Assembly: GCA_028023455.1 (NCBI GenBank)
Contig: JAQFVV010000004.1
Span: 25,420,001-25,484,000, forward strand
Length of the DNA: 64,000 nucleotides
From: Epiperipatus broadwayi
Taxonomy: Eukaryota; Animalia; Onychophora
Direction of reading: 5' to 3'
The translations under genes and the position numbers were made by a program. The notes under the pieces are model-generated. The model saw only the letters and a list, made by a program, of their open reading frames with translations. It made no database searches and had not been told where the DNA came from. This document shows positions 1-12,215 of the stretch, piece after piece. Numbering within the stretch: position 1 is the first letter of the stretch; the number at the start of each line of letters is the position of its first letter.

Positions 1-467
1 TGAGAAAAAGATATGACTTCCTTTTGAAATGCTGTTTATGTGTTTTTTCCACATTTATTGACCAAACACTTGATTTATTCATGATAAATTCTAGTTTGTA
101 TGAAGTTCATCTGATCAATAATAAACTAAAACTCCACCTGAAAATATTATTTTGAAAACATCATTGGTGTCTTACAGACCATTGAGGAATCATTGTTAAT
201 TTTAAAAGGAATTTTTTTTTGAGGCAAAAAATGTTTTAGAATAATATCTCATGAATGTTTGCATTTCTTAATTACTGTATATGGTAAGTATCTCAGATGA
301 ATAAAATAAATTGTGCTTTTTCATCGTTTGTTGATAAGATTAAAGAATTTATTGAATGTTATTCACTTATAAAAATATATATAAAAAAAAGAATTTGAAA
401 AAAAAGATTGGATTATGAATGAATTAATATCAAAAGTTAACAGAAAAAACAAATTGTATAAGATTTT

Positions 468-1559
468 GAAATAAATAAATAATCAATCAAATAAGATTGA
501 AATAAACAACTATTAATAATTATATTTAAATATTTATCAAACCGGCTTTCATCTCCATTGAGACCTTCTCAAGATATTATATTATACAATTCACATAAAC
601 AAATAATAATATTCACTCCATCTACTGGACATTATTTACATTATATTTCATTTTCTTTTTAAACATATCCATATATTATAAATAAATAAATTTAATATAT
701 TATACATCTAAAATTTTTAACAATATTTCCCACCCACCCCAAAAAAAAAAATAATAATTAAATATATATTTTACATCTTTTAAAAAATAAAAATAAATAA
801 ATAAATTGATATTTACATATGTACAAACATTTCCTATACTTTCCAATTGTTTAATAAAGCCTATTTCCCACCTAATTTTGCTGGACCTTTTACCATGTTT
901 ACACATTTGTCTAAGTTTTCTTGAATATACAATGTTTCATAATATATTCTCTTATGGTAATTCTTCACATACTTAATAACACATATTTTCCTCACACTTC
1001 ATTTTATGCCCTGTATCCAAATAATGCAACTATGAAGTGTGAGGAAAATATAAGTGTTATTAAGTATGTGAAGAATTACCATAAGAGAATATATTATGAA
1101 ATATTATATATTCAAGAAAACTTAGACAAATGTGTAAATATAGTAAAAGGTCCAGCTAAATTAGGTGGGAAATGGGCTTTATTAAAAAATTGGAAAGTGT
1201 GGTAAATGGTTATACATATGTAAATATCAATTTATTTATTTATTTTTTAAAAGATGTAAAATATATATTTAATTATTTTTTTTTTTTGGGGGGGGGGGGG
1301 ATATTGTTAAAATTTTTAGATGTATAATATGTTAAATTTATTTATTTATAATATATGGGCATGTTTAAAAAGAAAATGAAATTTAATGTAAATAATGTCC
1401 AGTAGATGGAGTGAATATTATTATTTGTTTATGTGAATTGTATAATATAATATCTTGAGAAGGTCTCAATGGAGATGAAAGCCGGTTTGATAAATATTTA
1501 AATATAATTATTAATAGTTGTTTATTTCAATCTTGTTTGATTAATTATTTATTTATTTC
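468..1559. mobile_element. Penelope-like element 3' end as a head-to-head inverted repeat (arms 468-1002 and 1032-1559, 29-bp spacer)
   Basis: Arms are near-identical reverse complements. The right arm encodes EENISVIKYVKNYHKRIYYEILYIQENLDKCVNIVKGPAKLGGKWALL, resembling the C-terminus of PLE GIY-YIG endonucleases (KR..E...I.....N...G..L...W..LL), followed by an AT-rich 3' region. Confidence 0.7.
1451..1492 (+). ncRNA. Degenerate minimal type I hammerhead-like motif in the PLE 3' region (mirror copy at 535-576, minus strand)
   Basis: TATC-TTGAGAA-G-GTCTC-AATG-GAGAT-GAAA-GCCGGT-TT-GATA. Stem I is TATC/GATA, stem II GTCTC/GAGAT, then GAAA and a CCGG-centred stem III. The core deviates from CUGANGA. 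Confidence 0.4.
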
Positions 1560-2260
1560 TGTTTGTGACAACATTATGGACAAATAAATCATATTGGATA
1601 TTTGACCATCATAGTGATGAAGATTTTGAAATTACCTTCTAATGATGAATTTAGAACTAAACTAAAGTTATAATTAAAACATAAATATTTTTTATTCTAC
1701 TCAAATTTATTCTTTAAAATCAACTAAATTAAGCAACTTTTGGTTTGTTGTTAAAAATATTTTAAAAAAGATTTTCATAATTTTTTAAAATAAAGATTAA
1801 TGAAGGAAGTATCTATTGATGTTTTGAACAATTCAAAACTAATAAATAATCATTTCAATCACGTTTTCTATAGTGTGGAGTTATTAATGAATAATTTTAC
1901 AAATAATGAGAAATCTCATGTTTTTGAATATGAGAAATCTACCATGAAATCTTTTATTTTTAAAGAGAGTGAAGAATTTGAAATTTTAGATTCTCTTTAT
2001 AAAATAAGACATAGGAAATGTGCTGGTTTGGATGGCATTTTTGTAAAAATATTAATTAAAAAAATGTCCACTCTTTTACAACATTATCTTTGTTTATTTA
2101 ACTTTTCTGTACATTTAGATATATGTCCAGATTGCTTAAAATATTTTGTTGTTTTACCCTTGTTTAAAAACAGTAAAAGAAATGTTTGTTAAACTATAAG
2201 CCAAATTTCTATTTTATCAACATTATCCCAAATTTTGGAAATAGGTAGTAAAAGTGGAAT

Positions 2261-2715
2261 TATAAATAGTCAAAATAAAAGTTATAGATCAATTCATAGA
2301 TCACATGACCCTATCTCTTAAGCTTGTAAGTTATAAACAGTGAGGATTGCCAATTCCTCTACAAGCTTTATGATAAATGCTTAGCCAGAGCCAGCACTTA
2401 AAATATCTCTGTCAGGAACCCTCCCCAAACCCCTGACCATGGTTTCATGCTTTGGCACTCCTCAGAGAGGTGTCAGGGTAGGTTCAGACACTAGATCTAA
2501 AAATACCAACCCAAAGCTAAGCACTTAGCTAAAAGTTATCTATTGAGTGGAAAATCTGAAATTTTCAGACATGTACATGTCTTCAAACCCAGCTATCCAA
2601 CTCAAATAGCTATATGGGGCTGATAGATCTTCAGCCATACCATATATTAGTAGTCATAGCAATATAAAATTGCATAAGACTTTTGGCAGAGACTATAAAT
2701 AGTCAAAATAAAAGT
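2261..2715 (-). mobile_element. 411-bp non-coding insertion (2283-2693) carrying a hammerhead ribozyme, flanked by a 22-bp TSD (retrozyme-like)
   Basis: Exact direct repeat TATAAATAGTCAAAATAAAAGT at 2261-2282 and 2694-2715. The host LINE RT resumes after it. The insert has an internal HHR and several short hairpins. Confidence 0.85.
2430..2470 (-). ncRNA. Type I hammerhead ribozyme, canonical core
   Basis: Minus strand: CCTCT-CTGAGGA-GTGC-CAAA-GCAT-GAAA-CCATGG-TC-AGGGG. Stem I is 5 bp and stem II 4 bp. Stem III is the palindrome ACCAUGGU and the cleavage triplet is GUC. Confidence 0.85.
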
Positions 2716-3560
2716 CATTGTTTTGTTTTTACAAAAACATTATTTATTTTCAAATAAGCAATTGAGTTTTTTCCAGGTAAGTCTACAGAATTGACCTCAT
2801 CTGAATATGTTTCAATTATTACTAGGTCGTTATTTGGATTTATGAAAAGCATTTGTCTATGTTCATCATGATTTATTATTAATTAAATTAATTACTTTGA
2901 GTATAAGAGTATTATGCTTGAATGTTTAAATATTATTTAAGTAATAGAATCCAATTTGTCAAAATTAATAGTATTTTTGAGTAATTCTGAAATAATCAGA
3001 TATGGAGTTTCTCAGGATTCACTCCTTGGACTTTTGTTTTTTACTATTTATATTAATGATTTGCTAAAAATTGCACAATGGATGAATAAAATTAGATTAC
3101 ATTTAAATATTAATAAATGTAAATATTATAGTAAACTCTCTGAAAAATGTACCAGTAAAATATCTTTTAATTAAAATACTTTGTCTGAATTAAACCACAA
3201 CAAAAAGTTACCAGTGCTACAATGGTATCTTACCTTGGTTTGATTTATGGGTGAATATATATATTGGGATAAACATTTTCCTTCATTTGAAATTTAAAAA
3301 AATAAATCTTCTCTTTTATAGAATAAGAGATCTTTTGCATAAATTTGTTCTCTTAAATAAAAACAAACAGATATATTTAAGTAGAGTTTGTTATGGAATA
3401 ACATTATGGGATGGTATTAAAACATATTATTTGAAATCTTTGCAAATGTTTCAAAGCTCTGTATTAAGAATTATTTTGTTTAAGCCTTTGAATTTGAAAA
3501 CATATGAATTGTACAAATGTACTGGAATTTTAACCATTGGCCAATTATTAATTTAAAATA

Positions 3561-3637
3561 TCAGCAACAGCTGCTTTACAAGCAGTTGTCCTGGGTTAGC
3601 GGGTTTGCTTCCCGGCTGATGCTATGACACATAAGGG
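3561..3637 (+). mobile_element. tRNA-like short repeat, family A, 5'-truncated copy
   Basis: Matches 28941-29040 and 32603-32700. Anticodon arm GCTGC-TTTACAA-GCAGT, T-arm-like GCGGG-TTTGCTT-CCCGG, tail ATGACACAT. Confidence 0.7.
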
Positions 3638-4017
3638 AAAAATATTTTGTATTTTTTAAACACAAAAAAAAATAAGAAAAATGATTCTTTAGCAATAATG
3701 TTAATCACATCATGTGATTTTGGTTTATTACTTGAACCAATATATTTTAAAACCCATTGTAGATATTAAAAATGTTATCTTGGCACAAAATTTTACTATA
3801 TATTTAAAAAGAACATTAAAATTGATGTTAATGACTTGACCAAAAAAAAAAAAAATTTTAAATAATTATGGATTGGATTGTAATTAATGATAATGAAAAA
3901 CCTTTTACTTCTAATAATTATTTTATATTGTATTAACATTTCATGTTTTAAATTTTCACATATATAAATTTCCATGCATGATTTTCTATCGCAAGAAGAT
4001 TATTTGTTTTAATTAAT

Positions 4018-4097
4018 TATTATTAGTAGTAATAGTAGTAGTATTGTTGCTGTTGTTGTTATTATAATTATTGTTGTTGTTATTATTATTATTATTA
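4018..4097. repeat. (TAT/TGT/TAG)n microsatellite
   Basis: Trinucleotide run visible directly. Confidence 0.8.
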
Positions 4098-4950
4098 CAT
4101 TTCAAAGATAAATTTATTTAAAACCTCAATGGCTTTATGGGAATCATAAGTTGCAATCTTTAGTGTCTATATAAACATATCAGACCATAGGTAAAGGTGA
4201 TACGACTTTTATTATTAAAAGAGGTTGCCTTGACTACAGGTTGAGATTGTTAACAACTTAAAGATTGATTGTTATCATATACAGGATGGTATATAGAAAC
4301 AGCTTAATGAATAATTACATGTATATACATAGGATTGCATACAAATTATATATATACATACAGTTGGTAAATAAGGTACAGATTATGTTGGTAATTATGT
4401 ATATCATGCAAATTTTATTGCACTGTTAGTATGATTGCATATATTGGGATATTTATATTAGTCACATGTGATTCTACACATATATTGCACAGTCATAAAT
4501 TTCAAGTACAATGAAGAATTCATTCATATGATTGAATGCTTATGATAATCTCTAGATTTAACAGTTATTTCATTTCATTTTCCAGGTAATCAATAAAAGT
4601 CTAGTTGATCTGTGACACTAATGGTTCCACATTGTTAGACAAGAACATCTCAATTAAAAGTTCGAGAGAACTGTGTCTGTGTTGCACTGACAAAGTTCCA
4701 TGTATGATTTGCTTGTGCAGATGTGTTGACCAACATCAGTCTTGTTGCAGGGGAAGATTGCTGAGCAACTTTTGAGAAATTTTATGCTTGGTGCAATAAG
4801 AGCTTAGAGGTTTCATTAGGGCTTGTGACAGCAAAGGTGTCAGGGTGGTCAAGTCTACTATCCCTAGCTTTCAACTGCTCAAGTTTATTAAAAAAAGGTG
4901 ATAAAGTAATATCTGGTATTATTACCAAGGAAGAAGATACAGCGAATGCA

Positions 4951-5232
4951 TCAAAATATATACAAACTGAACATAGCTGCACAAATGTCTGGAGTTGCAC
5001 CTATGCCATTTGAACCTATGATCCCATTGAGTGAGATGTGGCTTTGTCTATATTGCTTTATCATCATGTCACAGGTGGAAGCAAAATCTGGGCAGATGTA
5101 AAGAAAGTGGTGTTCTGTTTTCTTATCTCTGTGGCACAATCTGCAGAGGGGATTAATATTGGGTATATAGTCTGTGGTATGGTGGGTAGAGCTTGGAGAT
5201 TTTAACAAGAAGTCAAAAAACTTACACTTCAA
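4951..5232 (-). mobile_element. Probable non-LTR retrotransposon C-terminal cysteine/histidine motif fragment
   Basis: The ORF contains PLCRLCHRDKKTEHHFLYICPDF, the CxxC...E..H....CP pattern found after RT in many LINEs. Confidence 0.4.
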
Positions 5233-5414
5233 AGATGTTTTTTAGATTGACTTTTATACATGATGTCTATGTCAATTCTTGTTTTTTTTTTTGCATATTC
5301 TTAAAAACTACTTAAGTATAGAATTATGATTTATATATATCATCATTATTCCTTATTGTTAATTGTAAAGTGTCCATTGCAAACACCCACTTAAATTAGA
5401 ATTTTCAATTAACA

Positions 5415-8030
5415 TTGTCAGATTTTTACTTCGAAAGTAGTCATAGGCAATTTAGTTACAATGGTCTCAAATTGTTTAAGTGTTTTGTTACAGAGAACTC
5501 ATTAGATGTTGCCATGATCTTTTTATATAATCAAAAAATGATTGAAACTTTGATTATTGTATTATCTCTAATTATATTTATTATTAATAACATTATTCTT
5601 TTAATATTTATATGTTATTGTATTTGTTTAATGCGTAAATATTCTTTAGAACAAGCACATGTCTTTTAAGTAAAACAGCTGATAATCAAAATACAGGAAT
5701 TTATACAAATACAAAAACAAATTATTAACCTGAAAAAATCAGTATACATGAATGATTAATAAAGCCACTTGTTACTGCTATAGAAAATCTGATCACAGAG
5801 TAAAAGATTGCAAATGGAAACAGAAAAAATGTTTTAAATATGTATGTAAAGATTATTTGTCATATGTAAAAAAGTTGATAATGGTGAGATGGCAAAACAC
5901 AGTCAGAAAAATAGGGAAGACAAATCATCCAGAATGCATGTTGTCAAAAACATGGAAGTTGAGGGACCAAACCAATTTAAGATGAAATTGCAAATCTGTG
6001 GGAAAGATATTAACATAGAGATAGTCACCAGGGATATGTATTCTGTCCAAAAAATATTGGAGTACACTGTTAGCTAACTAGGTAAATATTCCAATAGAGA
6101 AAACAAACATCAAACCTCACGATGTGAGTGAAAATGTTCTGAAATTACTAGGTCAAGTGAATGCACCAATAAAATATAGTGTGAAAATAAGTAGCACTAT
6201 ATTTGGAGTCAAGTGATTTTATGTGATAGAGATTCATGTCACCAGTGTGAAAAACATTTCACTGGAGTAGGAAATCCAAAAGAAATATCCAGATTTGTTC
6301 AATAACAAATTAAGTACAATATTAACTGTCCCAGTAGAGAGTGAATTACTCAAAAATGCACATAACGTTGTTTGTAAACTATGCAAAATTCCATTTGATC
6401 AGAAAAGTATAGAAAAAGAGAAAATTCAAGGATTAGTCAATAATGGCATATCAACTCCAGTAGAAACATCAGATTGAGCCATGACTATAGTGGGTAATAA
6501 CAAAACCTAAAGATCAAATTGGGATATGTGGTAATTACAGCATAACTGTAAATATATGTGTAAACCAGGGGCATATTCAGTGCTGAATGTAAGAAAAGTA
6601 TTAGCCAGTCTTAAAAAAAAATCACATTTCACAAAATTGGACCATAATTCCATCTTTCACCAAATACCTGTTACAAGCAGATTAGCAGAAATATTAACAC
6701 TAACAATCCCTGTTGGATTATTTAAATGTAATTGGGTTTTATTCATTATTACAATGGCAACAAATATTTTACAAACAAAAATTAATGCTTTATTACAGGG
6801 ATTAGATGATGTAATGTTATTTTGATGACATATTTATTACATCTAGTTCTGAAGAATTTACATCAAAGTTTGTTTAAGGTATGCAGCAAATTAGAGAAAT
6901 TTGGAGTAAAATTAAATGTGCAGAAAAGTATATATTAGTATTCCTAAGGCATAATAAGAGTAAATGACCATCACCTGAGAAAGCGTGAGCTGTAAAAAAT
7001 GCAACCAAATCTAGAAATATTAAATAACTCCAGGCATTTTTAGGTTTGATAAATTATTTTAAATCTTTTTGTTTTTGCAGAATAAGGCTAAAGTAGCAAA
7101 AGCACTTTACAAATTGCTAAAGAATAATCAGAAGTGGCAGTGATTTCAAATTCACAAGGAAGCATTTATATAAACCAAAGTCTTGCTCTTATCAAAAAAA
7201 TTAGTAGTACATTTTGACAATAATCTAAAGGTAAGGTTAATGACTAATACTTCAGAGTGGAAGTGGGAGCAGTTTTATGTCATCCCTGTTATAATAAAAA
7301 ACCTACAGCTTGCACATTTATAACTCTTTCAAAAGCTATGAGAAATTATAGCCAAATTGATAAAGAGGCTTTGGCTACTATGTTTTGTCTAGAGAAGTTT
7401 CATCAAGATAACAACTAGCCATTATTAGAAATATTAGTGAGTGATAAGCTAGCCCCATACCATTTGAGCCCATGCATTTTGAGATGGAGAAACATATTGT
7501 AATCATACGATTATCAGCTGACATATATAAAAGGGAAAAAAAGTTTACATACTAATACTTTGTCTAAAAATCCAGATAAAGTTGAACCATATAGTAAGAA
7601 ATAGAAATAAATTATATAGATGTATTAAAGTCAGAAATTCTGAATAAGCAATACAGCTGCAAGGTGGATAAGGGCCAACAAAGGTTATCAGATGCTTATA
7701 AGTTTGGCTGGAAAATCACAATGCCTTGTTCTGACTTTTTGGATGAATCATGACATGTTATCAGTCACCAATGATTGTGAGTTGATAGGATATTTGTAAT
7801 ACCACCAGAAGATAGGCAAAAGGTCTTAAAATTATTGCATGAAGACTATCCACAAATTATATGCATTAAACTGTTAGCACACAGTTATGTCTGGTAGCCA
7901 AACATAATCATGAACATTTAAAAAACATGTAAAGAAATATATGACCTGTTAATCTAAAATAAGTATGCAATCTAAAGTGTATATAGTGTGTCCCAAGGCA
8001 ACAAAGACCTGGCAAAGATGAAGACTGAAG
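5415..8030 (+). mobile_element. Decayed Ty3/Gypsy LTR retrotransposon internal region (gag-PR-RT-RNaseH-start of IN)
   Basis: Zinc knuckle CYCYRKSDHRVKDC, protease-like KLQICGKDINIEI, RT FTKLDHNSIFHQIPV, RNase H NYSQIDKEAL, and an integrase zinc-binding remnant. No LTRs recognised. Confidence 0.8.
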
Positions 8031-8727
8031 AAATTGCAAGAATACATATAACATGCAGTAGCTTGTTTTTCTTGAGTAAAGAGAAAGATGAAATATATGT
8101 ACTAAATTAATTAAATAATAAATTTTGGAGATTAAATTTAAAGTAAGTGGAAATAGATTTAAATAAATTCTTTAGTTAAAATACTTTGTAAAAATAAATT
8201 CTCAAAATAGAATAGATTGTTATTAAAAGGAAAAATATTTCTGATAACAAAAATACATTTAATTTGTATAAAGTAAAAACACTAATTCAATTTACAAAGT
8301 CAAATCCAGACATATTAAGCTGATAATACACTTGTGTTCTGGAATTATACCACTAATTGAAATATTCTAAAAAGGACAAAAGAACTTAAAAGGATATAAA
8401 CCACAGCAGAAAATAAAATGCTTTTCTTTCTCTTGTTTTCGAGGACAAGCAAAAGAAGAAAATTATCAGAAGACACCTTTTTCCAGGATCATGGCTCCTG
8501 AAGATTACCAAGACCACTAGTGATATAAACAGATCACCCAACTTTTTTATGATTTTAAAAAGCCTTAAGGATTACTAGGATAAAGAAAAAAGCTTAGAAG
8601 ATATAAAGTTGATTACTATTATATATATATATATATATTAGCTAATAGCCTTTTAATAGTATGGGAAATAATGCTAGTCAAAAATAGCTGCTGTGTTATG
8701 GAAAAATTAAAATGCATGTATTACATA

Positions 8728-9000
8728 CACTGTTAAAGTTATGTGCAAAGAGAGAATTGGTCACAAACATAAAATAAAAGATGTGTGGTTCATTATACAA
8801 AATGAAAATGTAATGAACCAAAAAACTAATAGTATTCAAATCAGCAAAAATTTAATGTATTCAAGAGATTATGAATATGATGTAAAAGTGTCAAATGTAT
8901 ACTCAGACAATATTGAATTTTAAATTTAAACTCTGTATAATATTTTCTCACATTAATATTTAGAATGGCAGAGTATAGGAATATAATTATATATGTATAT
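8728..9000 (+). mobile_element. Penelope-like element 3' fragment (same family as 61661-62253)
   Basis: Aligns by eye with 62015-62290. Encodes CKERIGHKHKIKDVWFIIQNENVMNQK, resembling the GIY-YIG C-terminus. Confidence 0.55.
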
Positions 9001-11915
9001 GTGTAAATAGTGTATATATTGAATTGTTATATTTATATAGCATTTTGATTCATTGGTATATTGTGTCCTCCATGAATATTCTGAAATATTGTTTCTTATT
9101 TTTATTTCTATAAATTTAGGGATTAGGGAATTAAGAGCTAAAAAATATCAATGCTTTTTGTAAGAAGTGAAAATTTAAAAAATACTTATTACTTGAATTT
9201 TTACATGCAATTTTAATGCAGAGCACCTATAATTTACTTGCACATCCTCTAAACTGTTTTTTATATATGGATTTTATGTTCATCACTGAATCGATGCTAC
9301 TCAAAAATAATATTGTTTATATTTTTGGAACTTAAAAAAGTTATGTTTTCCTCTCAAGAATGTAATGATAATAAGCAGAAAATAAAAGTGGCAAGAGTTT
9401 TTAATAGCATAATTCAATTATGAACAAAAACTCAAGCAATGTTCAAATGAATATAATCTAGAGTATATGCAAATAAATTAAAATTTTAATAATTTCCTAT
9501 AGTACATTTAACATTGAATACATTATCTTTCTATAATTTAACTTTCCAAGAATGTGCTCCACACTAAAAATGGTAAAGGAAACTATATTTTGTGCAAATA
9601 ATAGAAAGTGAAAATCAAAAACTCTAAGGAGCTTGTTTCTTATGATGTGTATATATATTTTTATATGTAAACCTATATACATAACATCTATGTAACGAAA
9701 TAGGAAGTAACTGAGCTCCAGTGAGATATATAATGTACATAATGTCTCAAAAACAAATGATACCACCTATTCTTTAGCATTTGTTATAAATCAAATTCAT
9801 CCATAAATAAACTAAGCATAAATAACAACAAATGCTAAAGGACAGGTAGCATCATCTGTCTTAGAGAGTTTATTTTTATTATACAACTCGTTGAAAGCTT
9901 TAGTTGCTTCCTGTTCAATTACATATAATCTGAGTTATTTATTATAACACCTATGTATATATATTCAATGTAAAGATGAACAGGTCAAATATATTTTAAA
10001 CTTATTTGATAATCAATTTTCCAATAATAAATTAAGTAAAATATTTTATTTTTTAATTAAAAAAAAATGAATACAAATTATGACTTCTAAATAAGAAGCA
10101 AAATATAAAAAAAATATTGAAATTATTTTTGTAAAAATAAAATAAAATATTGATTTCCTTATATGAAATAACATTTCTATTAAGTTTTTTACTTCCAAGA
10201 TCCATTTTAATTTTCCATCAAAACAAAAATAATAATAAAAAAACATGGCATAAACAATTAATAATATAAAGCTGTACTGTTTTCAGTAGTGACTTAATAA
10301 TCATATAACAGTATCACAATCATTTTTTTCTTTTCTTTAATTGTAATGATTTGGTATTGATAGCATAGACTTTTACTTTAAGGTATTTTTTAGATCTCCA
10401 TGTGTTTTTTTTTTTTTTTTCACAAACTTCATTTCTATTGTAAATTTCAAAATTTATTTTTTACATTATTTAAGTCATCTTTTTCTATATGTTAAACATA
10501 TATCAGTGAAGTTTTGCATTTCTTTTATATCCATCAATGATTTATTATTTTTCCATTTAAATTTTGGTTAATCCAATCATTCCTTCTTGTTTATTTTTGA
10601 TTAGACAGAATTCATTTTCTATATAAAAATATTAGTTTTACAACTTTTATATATACTTTATCCCTAATAGTTAATATTCTCTTTACATATCAATTCACTG
10701 AATTTAATATTGTTATTATAAAAATGTATGTAAGAAACCAAGTACAGCAGTTCTGACTTTAATCTTTTTAGCATGAAAATGTATGTGAGGATGTACGATA
10801 TAAAAAGGCCTTGATATCCATAAATTAAAAATGAACATATGTTATGATTTTGAGATGTGCATTTGTAACAATAACTTCATTTAACTAAGGATTTTCTGTT
10901 AAAAAAGCTCTACTTATAAACTTCTCTACTTTTAATACTAAAAAATGGAATTTTAAAAGGTAAAGCTGGATTGTCATTTTCTACAACATCAATCTTAATT
11001 TTTTTTTATTCTTGATCCTCTCTTTCTTTGAATGTACAGATAAAGTTTTGATTACCAATCATTGACTAAACAACTAACAAACAGTTTCCATTTACTGTTT
11101 TAACTAATGCATGATAATAATAATAACTAAAGTTTAACAAATATGTTTGCTTCAGAGGCAGTATTCAACAACTGTTGTTTAAATACAGAATGGAAGCAGA
11201 TTGTAGAAACATTATTATTAACAATACCTATAATAATAATATTATTATATATCATACAATTGATCATATTACCAAGTCATCCCCCCACCCTTATGTATAG
11301 TGAGTCTCATGGAAAATTTATATAAGAATAAAACATTTACATCCCCTTTGAAAAATGAAAGGCCAATGTAGTTTAAAATGCCTTAAAAGCAGCATATAAA
11401 TCGGTTATTGATACTCTAAAAGAATACTTGACTATTAAAAAAGGATTTTTTAAATTGACCTCATACTTGCTCTAGACACTATATTACATAGGTTTTAAGG
11501 AAACCTCTAATTTATGTGCCATATGCTTTTACCATTCAAGCAAAAACTATATGTTAAGAGTCAATGATAGAAGCTATTTATTTATGCTTTAAGAATAAAC
11601 TTTAATCATGTGAGAGATTTAGTACATCTCACTTTCTTGGTGATCCAGAAGATAACATTATATTCAATCCATCTGACTTTGTTCAAAAGTTGATTTCTGC
11701 CTAAGTCTTGTCACCCTTGAATACATAGTATTCCTTGTTTTGTCTATGCATATCTTAGTCATTTTATATCACAACATCTGTTTAATTTAGCCAATTTACT
11801 TTCAAAAGAGATTTATGAAACTCATGTATTCTATCCATGTTCTCTGGGTTTTTTATGAAGAAATAAAGATTCAATCATTACAGAATCTTCATCTTTATAT
11901 GTATATATTAAATAC

Positions 11916-12215
11916 TGCAATACTAGCCAAAAAACTACACTTTACTAAAATTCTTCACAACCGTAGTTTCACCTAGATCCTTTCAAGTGAAATACAACTA
12001 AACTTTTATGATAAAATATTTTAAATCTGAGGGCATCAATCTGATGAAGACATTCTTTGATGTTAAAGGAAGTTGAGTTTTGAAGTAAATGATGAGAAGG
12101 CTATTTTGTTTGGTATATATAGATGACATAGTTAGTTGTATTTTACTTGAAAATAGATGAAACCATGATTGTAAAGAAATTTAGTAAAGTTTAGTTTTTT
12201 TGGCTAGTATTGTAA
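11916..12215. repeat. Inverted repeat (arms ~11916-12004 and ~12130-12215), each arm with a degenerate HHR-like motif pointing outward
   Basis: Arms are reverse complements. The left arm on the minus strand (11953-11992) reads TTTCAC-TTGAAAG-GATCTAGGT-GAAA-CTACGG-TT-GTGAAG. The right arm reads TTTTAC-TTGAAAA-TAGAT-GAAA-CCATGA-TT-GTAAAG. Confidence 0.6.

Larger units (their letters stand above)
1570..3555 (+). mobile_element. Decayed non-LTR retrotransposon RT region (Jockey/CR1/L2-like), interrupted by the 2261-2715 insertion
   Basis: Fragments CAGLDGIFVKIL...VVLPLFK, FLQKHYLFSNKQLSFFPGKST and YGVSQDSLLGLLFFTIYINDLL (GVPQGS-LGP-LF--YINDL motif), with many stops and frameshifts. Confidence 0.75.

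Noticed and set aside
135-169. CAC-CTGAAAA-TATTATTTT-GAAA-ACATCA-TT-GGTG, hammerhead-like spacing
   Set aside because: Non-canonical core, no credible stem II or III, single copy, and easy to obtain by chance in AT-rich DNA.
2550-2590. Second HHR-like string on the minus strand of the 411-bp insert (TTGAAGA...CATGTACATG...GAAA)
   Set aside because: The core starts with T, the stem II register does not abut GAAA, and there is no stem I; treated as one of the hairpins.
9812-9929. Possible minus-strand terminal exon (LYVIEQEATKAFNELYNKNKLSKTDDATCPLAFVVIYA*)
   Set aside because: Weak acceptor, no recognisable protein and no linked exons; needs RNA-seq or BLASTx.
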